Source: Pyrodictiaceae archaeon
GTDB lineage: Archaea > Thermoproteota > Thermoprotei_A > Sulfolobales > Pyrodictiaceae
Length of the DNA: 33,064 bases
NCBI GenBank assembly: GCA_026986935.1
Contig: JALSNP010000062.1
Span: forward strand, 1 to 33,064
Direction: 5' to 3'
Below, in pieces: positions 9,090-18,261 of this stretch. Positions within the stretch are counted from its first letter, which is position 1. The number at the start of each line of letters is the position of its first letter. Under the pieces are notes generated by a model, which was given only the letters and a program-made list of their open reading frames with translations, had not been told where the DNA came from and did not search any database. The translations under genes and the position numbers were made by a program.

Positions 9090-10123
9090 TAGATGTAGTG
9101 TTTACGACTAATCCTGGCATAGAGGACCTGGCATCCGAGGAAATAGAGGCAAAACTCGAAGCAAACATAGTTGAGCAGCGTACTGGGAAGGGGCGCGTCA
9201 TAGCATCTGTTCCTCCGCGTAATCTGGACTTGATAGAGACTTTGAGATCGATTCACCGTGCTAGGATACTCCTTTACCGAGGAGAGATATGCGGCTCAAA
9301 GGAGTGCCTTAACACGCTCAGAGATACTATCAGGAAGAGCCAGATTACGCGGTATGTGAACCCGCATCTCCCGTTCGCTATTAGAGCTGAGCGTGTAGGG
9401 AGCCATGATTATAGCTCTCTTGATATAGCGAGAGTAGCTGGTGACGCTGTGATTGAAGCCATTAGAGACCTCTATGGCGAGAGGCCGCCAGTCGACCTTG
9501 ATTACCCATCCGTAATCGTAGTAGTTGATGTAATAGATAACGAGCTTTATGTCTCCATAGAGCTTGGCGGCGACCTATCATGGCATAGGAGGGGCTATAG
9601 AATCTATGACCATCCTGCTGCCCTAAAGCCTACACTAGCGTATGCGCTGCTAAGGCTTTCTGGCGCAGAGGATGGGGATACAATACTTGACCCCATGTGT
9701 GGTGGCGGGACCGTCGCTATCGAGGCCGCTTATTTGTTCGAGTCCTCGAATATAATATGTATGGATAAGAATCCTCGTCACATAGAAGGCGCGAAGCTGA
9801 ATGCGAAGGCCGCGCTAGTATACCCGCGTATCAAGTTCCTAGTCGGGGATGCGACAAGGCTATCTAGGTACGTCTCGAGAGTAGATGTCATTGTCTCGAA
9901 CCCACCCTATGGGATTAGAATGGGTAGTCCATGGGAAGTTCGAAAAGTCTACAACAAGTTCCTAGAGGAGGCAACAACTCTGGTAAGTAAGAGTATAACG
10001 CTTATCACTACGGAGCACGTGGTGGTCAAAGAGTCTCTTAGGAAGAATGGGTGGAGGATAGTCGAGGATAGAGTAGTCGCTCACGGCAATTTACACCCAC
10101 ATATAATAGTGGGTAGTCGATAA
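9083..10123 (+). CDS. trm14: THUMP-domain tRNA (guanine-N2) methyltransferase Trm14
   Basis: TTNPGIEDL, THUMP region, HRRGYR...HPAAL, LDPMCGGGT, SNPPYG. Confidence 0.9.
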   Translation: MLIDVVFTTNPGIEDLASEEIEAKLEANIVEQRTGKGRVIASVPPRNLDLIETLRSIHRARILLYRGEICGSKECLNTLRDTIRKSQITRYVNPHLPFAIRAERVGSHDYSSLDIARVAGDAVIEAIRDLYGERPPVDLDYPSVIVVVDVIDNELYVSIELGGDLSWHRRGYRIYDHPAALKPTLAYALLRLSGAEDGDTILDPMCGGGTVAIEAAYLFESSNIICMDKNPRHIEGAKLNAKAALVYPRIKFLVGDATRLSRYVSRVDVIVSNPPYGIRMGSPWEVRKVYNKFLEEATTLVSKSITLITTEHVVVKESLRKNGWRIVEDRVVAHGNLHPHIIVGSR

Positions 10124-10233
10124 TGCAACTAGTCTCGCAGCATTAAAATAATGCTCTATAAGAGCTAGCGTTTAATACCTAGAGTTGCTCTCTGGGAGAG
10201 CAAGGGGCCACAAAGCAGAGGGGTGGCTACGGT

Positions 10234-10779
10234 ATGCCGCAAAAACCCGCGCGGTGCTTTACGAAGAGGAGATCAAAGGCATTCTCAGGCCCTGCTTATA
10301 CGAGGCATGAGTACATACACGGTGTGCCTCCGCCAAAGATACAGAAGTTCACGATGGGTAATCCGCATGGTGATTATGACTACTTGTTAGAGCTCTATGT
10401 GCTAGAGCGGGGACAGATAAGGCATAACGCCCTGGAAGCTGCCCGAGTAATGGTTCATAAGTACTTGTCCACAACAATAGGTGACACGAACTACCTGTTC
10501 CGAGTGAGGGTATATCCCCACCACGTGCTCAGAGAGCATAAAATGATGGCGTTTGCTGGTGCAGACCGTCTACAAGAGGGTATGAGGCTTGCATTCGGTA
10601 AGCCAGTGGGTACAGCGGCCCGCGTATTTCCGGGGCAAGCAGTACTAGAGGTAAGAGTGCGCCAGGAACACCTAGATCATGCGAAAGAGGCTCTTCGCCG
10701 CGGCGCCTCAAAGCTACCATTACCGAGCAGGATAAGAATTATCCCCCTTAAACCAGAGCTGCAAAAATCAGCAAGCTAG
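10234..10779 (+). CDS. rpl10e: 50S ribosomal protein L10e/uL16
   Basis: [36 protein letters not shown]. Confidence 0.98.
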   Translation: MPQKPARCFTKRRSKAFSGPAYTRHEYIHGVPPPKIQKFTMGNPHGDYDYLLELYVLERGQIRHNALEAARVMVHKYLSTTIGDTNYLFRVRVYPHHVLREHKMMAFAGADRLQEGMRLAFGKPVGTAARVFPGQAVLEVRVRQEHLDHAKEALRRGASKLPLPSRIRIIPLKPELQKSAS

Positions 10780-10807
10780 CAATACTGTTTTCGTAGGGCC
10801 TAGTTTT

Positions 10808-11884
10808 ATGCCAGACGGGTGCAGTTATGTCCTAGACTCGTATCTTTTCGATTTCACACCCCTTACCAGAAAGCTTAGCAAAGCTTCTAAGAATAAAGAG
10901 ATCAAACTATATCTCGAAGCTCCTCAAGGATTCGTGCGCCTGCTAAGGAGGATTAGCGGCTTTCTCGAAGAGTGCCTTGCAAGTAGGGGATACCGTGTAT
11001 CAACTCATGTCAAGCTTGAGCCATCTTTTGGCGCTTGCTCGCTTAGCATTGATGACCTTAGGTATATTGGTGAGAACGTATTTCTCATCCATATAGGTCA
11101 CGAGCCTTACGTGTACCCCCTATGTGATGGAAGACTGTGTATGTACGGGGCGAGGAACGGTAACATAGTGTTTATCCCCGGCGAGTACCTTGGCGGAGAC
11201 ACTGAAAAGCTATTATTAAATATTGTTGAATTCACTAAGGACAAGGATGTGAAGCGTTTAGGGCTAGGCTACTCTGTTCAGCACAAATCCCTAGCCCATA
11301 AACTAGCTACCATTCTTAGCCAGCAGGGATATGAAGTGAAAATAGTGGCCCCGGTTCTCGGTTGCTATTACTACAACCTTCTTAAGCAGAGAGAACTAGT
11401 AGATGCTTATATGATTGTAGCAGGCGGTTATTTCCACGCCCTGGGGCTGGGCCTAGCGCTTGGCGGCAGCAAAATAGTTATGAGAGTTGATCCATATACT
11501 AATCGCGTAGAGGACATATCCCGTGACATTGTGCGTGTGCTATCGAAGAGGTACTGGCTTCTCGCCTCATTAGATAATGTACGTAACCTCGGCATAATCA
11601 TGGGCTTGTTGCCGGGTCAATATAGGCCCTGGATAGCTAGTTTCATAGAGTCACTGGCCCAGCGTAGAGGTATAAAGACGCAGCGGCTCTATGCCAGGTA
11701 TCTTAGCAGGGAGATACTTGATAACCTAAGCCCAGACGATTACGACGCCTACGTCGTCACATCGTGTCCAAGGCTGGCGATAGATGATCTAGGAGATTAT
11801 TGGAAGCCTGTGCTTACGCCCGCAGAGGCTCGGTTATGGCTAATGAGTGCGAAGTATGAGCTTGATTACACGTTTCCTTGGTGA
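10808..11884 (+). CDS. dph2: Diphthamide biosynthesis radical-SAM enzyme Dph2
   Basis: Three cluster Cys motifs (FGAC, LGC, SCPR), GGYFH, KPVLTP. Confidence 0.9.
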   Translation: MPDGCSYVLDSYLFDFTPLTRKLSKASKNKEIKLYLEAPQGFVRLLRRISGFLEECLASRGYRVSTHVKLEPSFGACSLSIDDLRYIGENVFLIHIGHEPYVYPLCDGRLCMYGARNGNIVFIPGEYLGGDTEKLLLNIVEFTKDKDVKRLGLGYSVQHKSLAHKLATILSQQGYEVKIVAPVLGCYYYNLLKQRELVDAYMIVAGGYFHALGLGLALGGSKIVMRVDPYTNRVEDISRDIVRVLSKRYWLLASLDNVRNLGIIMGLLPGQYRPWIASFIESLAQRRGIKTQRLYARYLSREILDNLSPDDYDAYVVTSCPRLAIDDLGDYWKPVLTPAEARLWLMSAKYELDYTFPW

Positions 11885-11891
11885 ATAGGTA

Positions 11892-12518
11892 TTGAAAATA
11901 TCGAAGCTAGTGATACTGCTCGAGAGAGAGGTTCCTCGTTTTAGTAGGCCGAAGCGCTTGTTAGAGCAGTACAGAACCCCGCCTGAAATAGCTATTGAGA
12001 TCGCTTCCTGGATCCGTAGCCTCGGGTGCAGAGTTGCCATAGATCTCGGTGCTGGCACGGGCATGATAGCCTATGCATTATCTCTACTAGGCACATATAC
12101 GGTGGCAATCGAGATAGATATTGATGCCTTAAACGATGCCGCGAGCTCCGCGCTTAGACCTGTGGCTCTGACTGATTTCGTTCAGGCAGATGTAGAGTAC
12201 TTGCCTCTAAGAGAGACAATCCAGTCACTATGTGTGGCTGAGAACCCTCCTTTCGGGATGTATCGTAGGGGTATAGATACGCTCTTTCTTAGAGCTGCTG
12301 CTAGGCTAGGAGCCGAGTACATCGCGTCTATTCACCATGGCGGCTCGGATAAGACTCTTAAGTATCTTAGAGAATTTATGCGTGAACGAGGATACGGTCT
12401 CAAACATATTGAGCGGTTTAAGTTCCCAATACCAGCTACCCACCGTAGCCATATTAGGCACATCTATTATGTGCCCGCGCTACTACTGCTCTTTGAGAAA
12501 AGGGTGCGGGAGACATGA
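11892..12518 (+). CDS. METTL5-like N6-adenine RNA methyltransferase
   Basis: LEQYRTPPEIA, DLGAGTG, NPPFG. Confidence 0.9.
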   Translation: MKISKLVILLEREVPRFSRPKRLLEQYRTPPEIAIEIASWIRSLGCRVAIDLGAGTGMIAYALSLLGTYTVAIEIDIDALNDAASSALRPVALTDFVQADVEYLPLRETIQSLCVAENPPFGMYRRGIDTLFLRAAARLGAEYIASIHHGGSDKTLKYLREFMRERGYGLKHIERFKFPIPATHRSHIRHIYYVPALLLLFEKRVRET

Positions 12519-13114
12519 GCACGATGCTAGCGAATATAGTGGGCAAGAAGGTGTTTCCCGGAGACATACTTTGTGCTATTGAGGAATTCTTGCCAGGAGA
12601 CGGCGTATACGTAGATAACGGATACATACGGGCAGCACGGTTCGGTATAGTTGAGATCGATTTCACCTCAAGAAGAATACATGTAAAACCCTTGGGTAAG
12701 AAACCACGCCTGCCTGGAAAAGGCTCAGTAGTTTATGGCGTTGTCACGGGAGTGCCAAGAGAGGAGCTTGCATTTGTCAAAATATTTGCCGATGAGAGGA
12801 TGGTGCCATTTAATGGGTTTTTTAGCGGAGTACTACATATATCGCAGGCAAGCGACTCACCCGGCCAGCATAGCATATATGATTTTGTCAAACCTGGTGA
12901 TTTCGTGAGAGCTACCATAGTGTCGCCCTCAGCGCCCTATTTGCTTTCAATAAGGAGGCCGCAGGACGGTGTAATACTAGCCTATTGCTCGGTATGTGGT
13001 GCCCCATTATATAAGGTGCCTGGAAGCCCGTATCTTGTTTGTAAGCGTTGCGGAAATAAGGAGAAACGTAAAGTGGCGATACACTACTTATTGGAGGAGC
13101 GTAGAAAGAGGTAG
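12515..13114 (+). CDS. csl4: Exosome RNA-binding subunit Csl4
   Basis: VFPGD..EEFLPG, S1 domain, C-terminal Zn ribbon CSVC...CKRC..EKRK. Confidence 0.95.
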   Translation: MSTMLANIVGKKVFPGDILCAIEEFLPGDGVYVDNGYIRAARFGIVEIDFTSRRIHVKPLGKKPRLPGKGSVVYGVVTGVPREELAFVKIFADERMVPFNGFFSGVLHISQASDSPGQHSIYDFVKPGDFVRATIVSPSAPYLLSIRRPQDGVILAYCSVCGAPLYKVPGSPYLVCKRCGNKEKRKVAIHYLLEERRKR

Positions 13115-13121
13115 GATCTAC

Positions 13122-13763
13122 GTGCCAGCGAGAGTGATTAGGAAGAAACTGTACGTTATCAGGGTACCGCCTGGGCTGCCTGAGGAAAAGGTTTATGAGA
13201 AAATATCGAGCAGTATTAGGGCGCCTTTTGCAGAAATAAGTGTACGCGGCGATAAAGCATTTATAGAAATAGTTGGCACAGAGGCTGAGATAAAGGATTC
13301 CTGGTACAAGGTTAAGAACGTCATCCAGGATCTATGGGAACTATATCGACTCGAAAGAAACCATGAGGCGCTCATCGAATCCATAGTCAAGGAGTCCGGT
13401 CGTACCTTTCCTCCAGATGCACTGGTCTCCGCTCTTAAGCTAAGAGGATATGATGCTAGACTAAGTGAAGATAAACAACGCTTATACACCAATGCACCAG
13501 CCAGTACCGTGATTGAGATAGCCCGCCAGATAGCGGAAATAATTGACGAGATAAGATTCCGGGTAAAAGGTACAGCTGCAAAACGCATGATAGCAGCCCT
13601 TGCCGCAGGCCTCCTCGTAGACGCTGAGAAAGTAATAGAGTATGGGTTAAAAACCAGAGTCCTTGAAGAAAGTGAGGATGGTATTAGGTTGCGGGAAGAA
13701 TGGAGGCGGGGCTTAAGAAAAATAGCAGTCATGCTTAAGGGTGCAGAGCTGGGCTCCGAATAG
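13122..13763 (+). CDS. Conserved archaeal protein, DUF2067-like
   Basis: Position between csl4 and rpoL; PDALVSALKLRGY motif; likely GTG start at 13122 after GAGGT. Confidence 0.7.
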   Translation: MPARVIRKKLYVIRVPPGLPEEKVYEKISSSIRAPFAEISVRGDKAFIEIVGTEAEIKDSWYKVKNVIQDLWELYRLERNHEALIESIVKESGRTFPPDALVSALKLRGYDARLSEDKQRLYTNAPASTVIEIARQIAEIIDEIRFRVKGTAAKRMIAALAAGLLVDAEKVIEYGLKTRVLEESEDGIRLREEWRRGLRKIAVMLKGAELGSE

Positions 13764-13780
13764 GTGGGGCTGAAAGCGCG

Positions 13781-14116
13781 ATGAGTAGCCAAGTACAGGT
13801 GCCTAGTAAGTCGAAACTCAAGCTGTTAAAACGTGAAAAGGACTCAATAGAGGTCGAGCTCGAAGGAGAGGATCATACAATAGCTAACCTAATAGCCAAG
13901 TACGCTATCCACAAGAAAGGTGTTGTCTACTCATCTTACATAGTATCTCATCCCCTAATAGGTAATCCAGTAATAGTTCTCTCAACCGATGGTAGTCGCG
14001 ACCCATTAGAGGTGCTTGAAGAAGTGCTGAACGATATAATAAGCGATGCAAAAGAGTTTCGGGAGAAGCTACAAGAGGTTATTTCAAATAATGTGCGTTG
14101 CGAAGAGGGAGGCTAG
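13781..14116 (+). CDS. rpoL: RNA polymerase subunit RpoL (Rpo11)
   Basis: GEDHTIANL, Y..SHPL, TDGS.DP. Confidence 0.95.
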   Translation: MSSQVQVPSKSKLKLLKREKDSIEVELEGEDHTIANLIAKYAIHKKGVVYSSYIVSHPLIGNPVIVLSTDGSRDPLEVLEEVLNDIISDAKEFREKLQEVISNNVRCEEGG

Positions 14117-14480
14117 ACTCCTCCTAATAAGTCCGTGCGAAGGCTCGGAACTATATGTTGCCCTAGTATTTAGGGGGCCGCAGAGGATAGAATATGCTAG
14201 CCTAGGTACTTGGGATAGCTTAGAGAAGTTTAAGAATTTAAGCATATTCGATGAGATACGTTATGGGTGGCCAGAGGAGTTTGCTAAAAGAATGAGAGTT
14301 AAGCCTCTCCCCAGCTTGGAGGAATATTTTGGCTCGTGCCTTGCCTGTGTAAAGAATTTTATAAAAACTATGTGCAATATATCTGATAGCTTAATAGTTT
14401 ACAATAGCTCTTTACATTTTAGATCGCTTAGAGAAAATAATAAGAGGAGCCAGTACCTAGGAGAGAGAGCAACTGGCTAA
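14091..14480 (+). CDS. Hypothetical protein, possibly a remote/degenerate DUF99 (EndoV-like)
   Basis: ORF fills the rpoL-tfs gap; ATG at 14091 after GAGGT; VALVFRG segment weakly resembles DUF99. Confidence 0.5.
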   Translation: MCVAKREARLLLISPCEGSELYVALVFRGPQRIEYASLGTWDSLEKFKNLSIFDEIRYGWPEEFAKRMRVKPLPSLEEYFGSCLACVKNFIKTMCNISDSLIVYNSSLHFRSLRENNKRSQYLGERATG

Positions 14481-14528
14481 CACAGAACTCCAAGCCAGCA
14501 ACAATGGTGGAGAAAGGGTGATGAATAT

Positions 14529-14873
14529 ATGAAGTTTTGCCCTCGCTGCGGCTCACTAATGGTTGTCAAGACTATTAATGGTAAAAAAGTCTGGATATGT
14601 CCTAGCTGTGGATACACCGAGGAGGTCAAGAATGATGGAAGCATATCTGCTCTCGTCCTAAAACAGAGGATAAAGCACAGCGAGAAGGAGCGTATAGTGG
14701 TTGTACCTAAGGATATCAACTGGGAGGCTATGCCGAAAACAAGGGTGACGTGCCCTCGCTGCGGCTATCACGAGGCATACTATTGGGTTGTACAGACTCG
14801 TAGAGCGGATGAGCCTCCGACAAGGTTCTTTAAATGCGTTCGCTGCGGGTATGTGTGGAGGGAGTATGACTGA
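14529..14873 (+). CDS. tfs: Transcription factor S (TFIIS-like)
   Basis: MKFCPRCG, two Zn ribbons, acidic hairpin QTRRADEP. Confidence 0.97.
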   Translation: MKFCPRCGSLMVVKTINGKKVWICPSCGYTEEVKNDGSISALVLKQRIKHSEKERIVVVPKDINWEAMPKTRVTCPRCGYHEAYYWVVQTRRADEPPTRFFKCVRCGYVWREYD

Positions 14874-15078
14874 GGAGAACCCTCTAAGCATGTGTGAGGA
14901 AATCGAATACTTTGTACGCTTGTTTCAGAAGTTATTAGAGGATGTAGAGGAAGCGTATTTTCGTACCCCGGTCTACATATCCTCCCGGCCATATGTCGAG
15001 CGCATGCTAAGATTAATACAATCCGGGCTGAGCGAGTCCATGGCTTTGATGCGTAAGTGCCGAGAAGAGAGGGCTTAA
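14866..15078 (+). CDS. Small helical hypothetical protein (70 aa)
   Basis: ATG at 14866 overlaps the tfs stop and follows a GGAGG SD; amphipathic helical pattern. Confidence 0.6.
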   Translation: MTEENPLSMCEEIEYFVRLFQKLLEDVEEAYFRTPVYISSRPYVERMLRLIQSGLSESMALMRKCREERA

Positions 15079-15146
15079 GGACGGTTTTTATGCATAGACC
15101 TTTTCTAGCTAAGTCTACTAGATACTAGCTTCTCGGGAGAGAACGT

Positions 15147-15887
15147 ATGAAGCTAGTATTCTTTGATGCACGAGTATGGCGTTACCTCGTCTCAGCGATA
15201 TCCAAGGTCATAGAGGAGGGAGTATTCATAGTTGATCCAGAAAGCGGTCTCAGATTTAGAGCCATGGATCCATCCCACGTCATTCTGCTTGATATGGTGT
15301 TTCCACGTGAATCGTTCGAAGAATACGAGGTTGATAAGGAATACCAGCTGGGTGTAAACCTTGAGGATCTTGCCAAGGTGTTAAGGAGGGCGCGGAAGGA
15401 GGATAAGTTAGAGATTAGAGCTGATGAAAACACGGTCTCAGTAGCGTTCATAGGTAAGGGGTATCGGGAGTTCACCTTGCCTTTGCTCGATATAACGGCA
15501 GAGGACATACCTGAGCCCGAGTTAGAGTTCAAAGCTAGTATAAAGGTTATGAGCGACGTGTATAGGGATACCATAAAGGATATAGAGCTAGTAGGTGATG
15601 TGATTAAGTTTACTGCGTCAGAAAACGAGTTTCGTGTCGAATCTTCTAGCGAGCTTGCTGAGGCGGAAATAATATACACTATGGAGAGCGGTAGTATTAT
15701 AGAGATGAGTGTTGAGGAGACGCAGTCAGCGATGTATACTTTGGAGTATTTTAGCGACCTCTCTAGCGCTGCTAGAGTCGCAGATACTATAACCATCCGG
15801 TTTAGTAGCGAGATGCCAGCCCTCATAGAGCACGAAATACCTCAGGGAGCGAAATTTAGCTTCCTAATAGCGCCGCGTGTGGAGTAA
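15147..15887 (+). CDS. pcn: DNA sliding clamp PCNA
   Basis: AMDPSHV, GVNLEDLAKVL, Y.LEYF, FLIAPRVE. Confidence 0.98.
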   Translation: MKLVFFDARVWRYLVSAISKVIEEGVFIVDPESGLRFRAMDPSHVILLDMVFPRESFEEYEVDKEYQLGVNLEDLAKVLRRARKEDKLEIRADENTVSVAFIGKGYREFTLPLLDITAEDIPEPELEFKASIKVMSDVYRDTIKDIELVGDVIKFTASENEFRVESSSELAEAEIIYTMESGSIIEMSVEETQSAMYTLEYFSDLSSAARVADTITIRFSSEMPALIEHEIPQGAKFSFLIAPRVE

Positions 15888-15955
15888 TGACGGCATATCT
15901 GCTCTGGCCCTAGCTGGGCTGGGAGTATTACCAAGCCTTACTATAGGGAGTGAAA

Positions 15956-17107
15956 ATGGGAGATGTTTTTAGAAAAACTATCTACTTTTTAGAAAAAATG
16001 GCGAGAGAGTATTATAGGAAAAGAACGCCCTGGGTTCCAAGCGACTTTATGCTAAGAGAATTCGCCGCTCAGCCTTGGCGCAGTAAAACTTATATAAGGC
16101 ACCTATCTTTTCAAAGTATAGATGAGATATCAAAATTTATAGTATCTAAGTCTCCTCGTCATTTCTACTACTCGTCAGCACGGTATAACCAGCCCGAAGT
16201 AAGCGATATGGATATGAAGGGTTGGCGCTCCTCCGATCTCATATTCGATATAGATGCCGACCACTTGCCAGAATGCAAGGATAAGGTAATCGAGATAAAA
16301 GTCGAAGAGACTGGTGAAAAAACAAGCCTAGTTGACGATAAGTGCATAGAACGTGCAGCTCTACGCGCCCTCATACTTAGAGACATACTCGTATACGAGC
16401 TGGGAATAGATGAGAAAAGAATAGCATTAGAGTTCTCCGGTAATAGGGGGTTTCATATCACAGCGTATCTTGACGATAACGATGAACTCGCTAAAAGTAC
16501 TTCGGATGTTAGGAGAGAAATAGTTAATTACGTCAAGGCAGTAGGCTTATCCGAGGACACTCTTAAGCCTTGGATGAGAATAAGTGTGCGCAGAGGACGC
16601 CCAGCACCCATTCTACCGTCTCCCCATAGTGGTGGGGCTAGGGGGCGCTTAGCTAGAATAATGGTGCTTATAGCGCGGCGTCGCGGGCTCCGAAAACTAT
16701 TATCAAGACTATATAATTATCAAGCCGCGAACGTAGTTTACGATGAAGAGACCCAGCAACTAGAGGAGGAGGCTCGACAACTCATAGGGGTTGAGATAGA
16801 TGAACAAGTCACTATTGATGTTTCGAGGCTCATACGGGCTCCTTGGAGCCTGAACGGTAAAACTATGTTACCAGTAATCCCTCTAAAAGAGCAACAACTT
16901 ATGGAATTTAAGCTCTCTTTCTCTCTTTCTCCTTTCGCCAACGAAGAGCCTATTCGTATACGCTTGTTAACCGATATTCCACCGGTTATTAGGATCTTGG
17001 GGACCAAGCTGAGTTTACGAAGAAACGACAAGCCTAGACTTGAGGCTCCTCTAGCGCTTTATTTACTTAGTAAAGGTCTTGCTGTATTAGAGGAGGGTGG
17101 TGGGTAA
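15956..17107 (+). CDS. priS: DNA primase small subunit PriS
   Basis: REFA, YYSSARY, LIFDIDAD, FSGNRGFH, IDEQVTIDVSRLIRAP. Confidence 0.96.
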   Translation: MGDVFRKTIYFLEKMAREYYRKRTPWVPSDFMLREFAAQPWRSKTYIRHLSFQSIDEISKFIVSKSPRHFYYSSARYNQPEVSDMDMKGWRSSDLIFDIDADHLPECKDKVIEIKVEETGEKTSLVDDKCIERAALRALILRDILVYELGIDEKRIALEFSGNRGFHITAYLDDNDELAKSTSDVRREIVNYVKAVGLSEDTLKPWMRISVRRGRPAPILPSPHSGGARGRLARIMVLIARRRGLRKLLSRLYNYQAANVVYDEETQQLEEEARQLIGVEIDEQVTIDVSRLIRAPWSLNGKTMLPVIPLKEQQLMEFKLSFSLSPFANEEPIRIRLLTDIPPVIRILGTKLSLRRNDKPRLEAPLALYLLSKGLAVLEEGGG

Positions 17108-17587
17108 GTGGTTGATATTTTTGAGGAAAGCGGGCTTCAGGCTATTGTTGATTTAGCAAAAAAGCTATTAGAGAAGCCAGTAATGGATGAGACATTTTAC
17201 AGCAATGTTAGGAGGTATAGGGAGAGCCTTGCTAAAACATTTCTATCAATAAACATGTATAAGTATGATGATATACTTAAAAAATATATTAGTATATCTA
17301 ACAAGGCTGTGGAGATATTTATAAAAGTGTTCAGCAACATTAACAGCATCAGTGTTAATGAAGCTCTTATAAAGTTATCTGGCATCCTTGGGCTCTCAAT
17401 CCAAGGCAATGGGTGCTTCCTCATAGAGCTGAAAGAGGGTGCGGAAATTAAGGGAAAGTATAGAGGCCCCGGTTCCATAGTATGCATAGACCCCGAAAAA
17501 GCCGCCCACCTAGTACTGGCTGGGATGGCGTCCCCCCTATGGAGCGGCATAGAGAAAGTTATGGAGGTCTCACAGACTAGTATTTAA
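17108..17587 (+). CDS. Probable divergent GINS subunit Gins15/Gins51
   Basis: Occupies the Gins15 slot of the conserved PCNA-PriS-Gins15-L44e-S27e-aIF2a-Nop10 cluster. Helical N-terminal part plus B-domain-like C-terminus (GPGSIVCIDPEKAAHLVLAGMA). Confidence 0.65.
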   Translation: MVDIFEESGLQAIVDLAKKLLEKPVMDETFYSNVRRYRESLAKTFLSINMYKYDDILKKYISISNKAVEIFIKVFSNINSISVNEALIKLSGILGLSIQGNGCFLIELKEGAEIKGKYRGPGSIVCIDPEKAAHLVLAGMASPLWSGIEKVMEVSQTSI

Positions 17588-17646
17588 GCCAGAACCCAGC
17601 TTTGTGTGATGAGGGTGCCAGATAAGGGGCTGGGGAGTGATAAGCC

Positions 17647-17931
17647 GTGAAGGTGCCAAAAGTTATAGTGACGTACTGTCCGCGATGTAGGACGCACACG
17701 CCGCACACCGTCATGATATATAAGCATGGCAAGAGACGTAGCCTCGCCGAGGGTGAGCGCAGATATCGTAGAAAACAGGAGGGCTATGGTAGCAAGAGAA
17801 AACCTGAGCAGAAGAGATTCGCTAAGGTTACAAAGAAGGTTGTTTTGAAACTAAAGTGCCAGAAATGTGGTTACATACTGCACCGTAGGGGAATAAGGCT
17901 TAAGAAGGTAGAGTTAGTTGAGGTGAGATAA
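17647..17931 (+). CDS. rpl44e: 50S ribosomal protein L44e
   Basis: [25 protein letters not shown]. Confidence 0.98.
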   Translation: MKVPKVIVTYCPRCRTHTPHTVMIYKHGKRRSLAEGERRYRRKQEGYGSKRKPEQKRFAKVTKKVVLKLKCQKCGYILHRRGIRLKKVELVEVR

Positions 17932-17933
17932 TC

Positions 17934-18134
17934 ATGGTCAAGAGGCTAAAAATACTGGTTCCACAGCCACGAAGTAGGTTCCTCTTAGTTCGCTGCCCTG
18001 TTTGTGGGAACGAGCAAGTAGTATTTAGCCATGCGACATTTCCTGTACGCTGCCTAGTCTGTGGTGCTCAGCTAGTTGAGCCGACGGGAGGAAAAGCAAA
18101 GATACTAGGGCAGGTAGTAAGGGTTCTTGGATAA
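17934..18134 (+). CDS. rps27e: 30S ribosomal protein S27e
   Basis: [20 protein letters not shown]...C..C..L.EPTGGKA. Confidence 0.98.
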   Translation: MVKRLKILVPQPRSRFLLVRCPVCGNEQVVFSHATFPVRCLVCGAQLVEPTGGKAKILGQVVRVLG

Positions 18135-18261
18135 GTATACTATCTTTCCTATCTTGGCTCTAATGCATAGCAATATATGTGTAAATAGTACTTTTTACCC
18201 ACTTTAGCTCGCTAGGGGGACATAATTATAGTTTTGTATCGAGTACATGGGGTGATACAGC

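Noticed and set aside
12996-13121. Long N-terminal extension of the DUF2067 ORF overlapping csl4 (similar extensions at 14788 and 21036)
   Set aside because: Downstream starts with SD motifs remove the implausible overlaps.
15182-15826. 214-aa antisense ORF, and similar ones at 13193-13792 and 28647-29159
   Set aside because: They are shadows of well-supported genes (PCNA, DUF2067, iorAB), are Ser-rich, and have no recognisable motifs.
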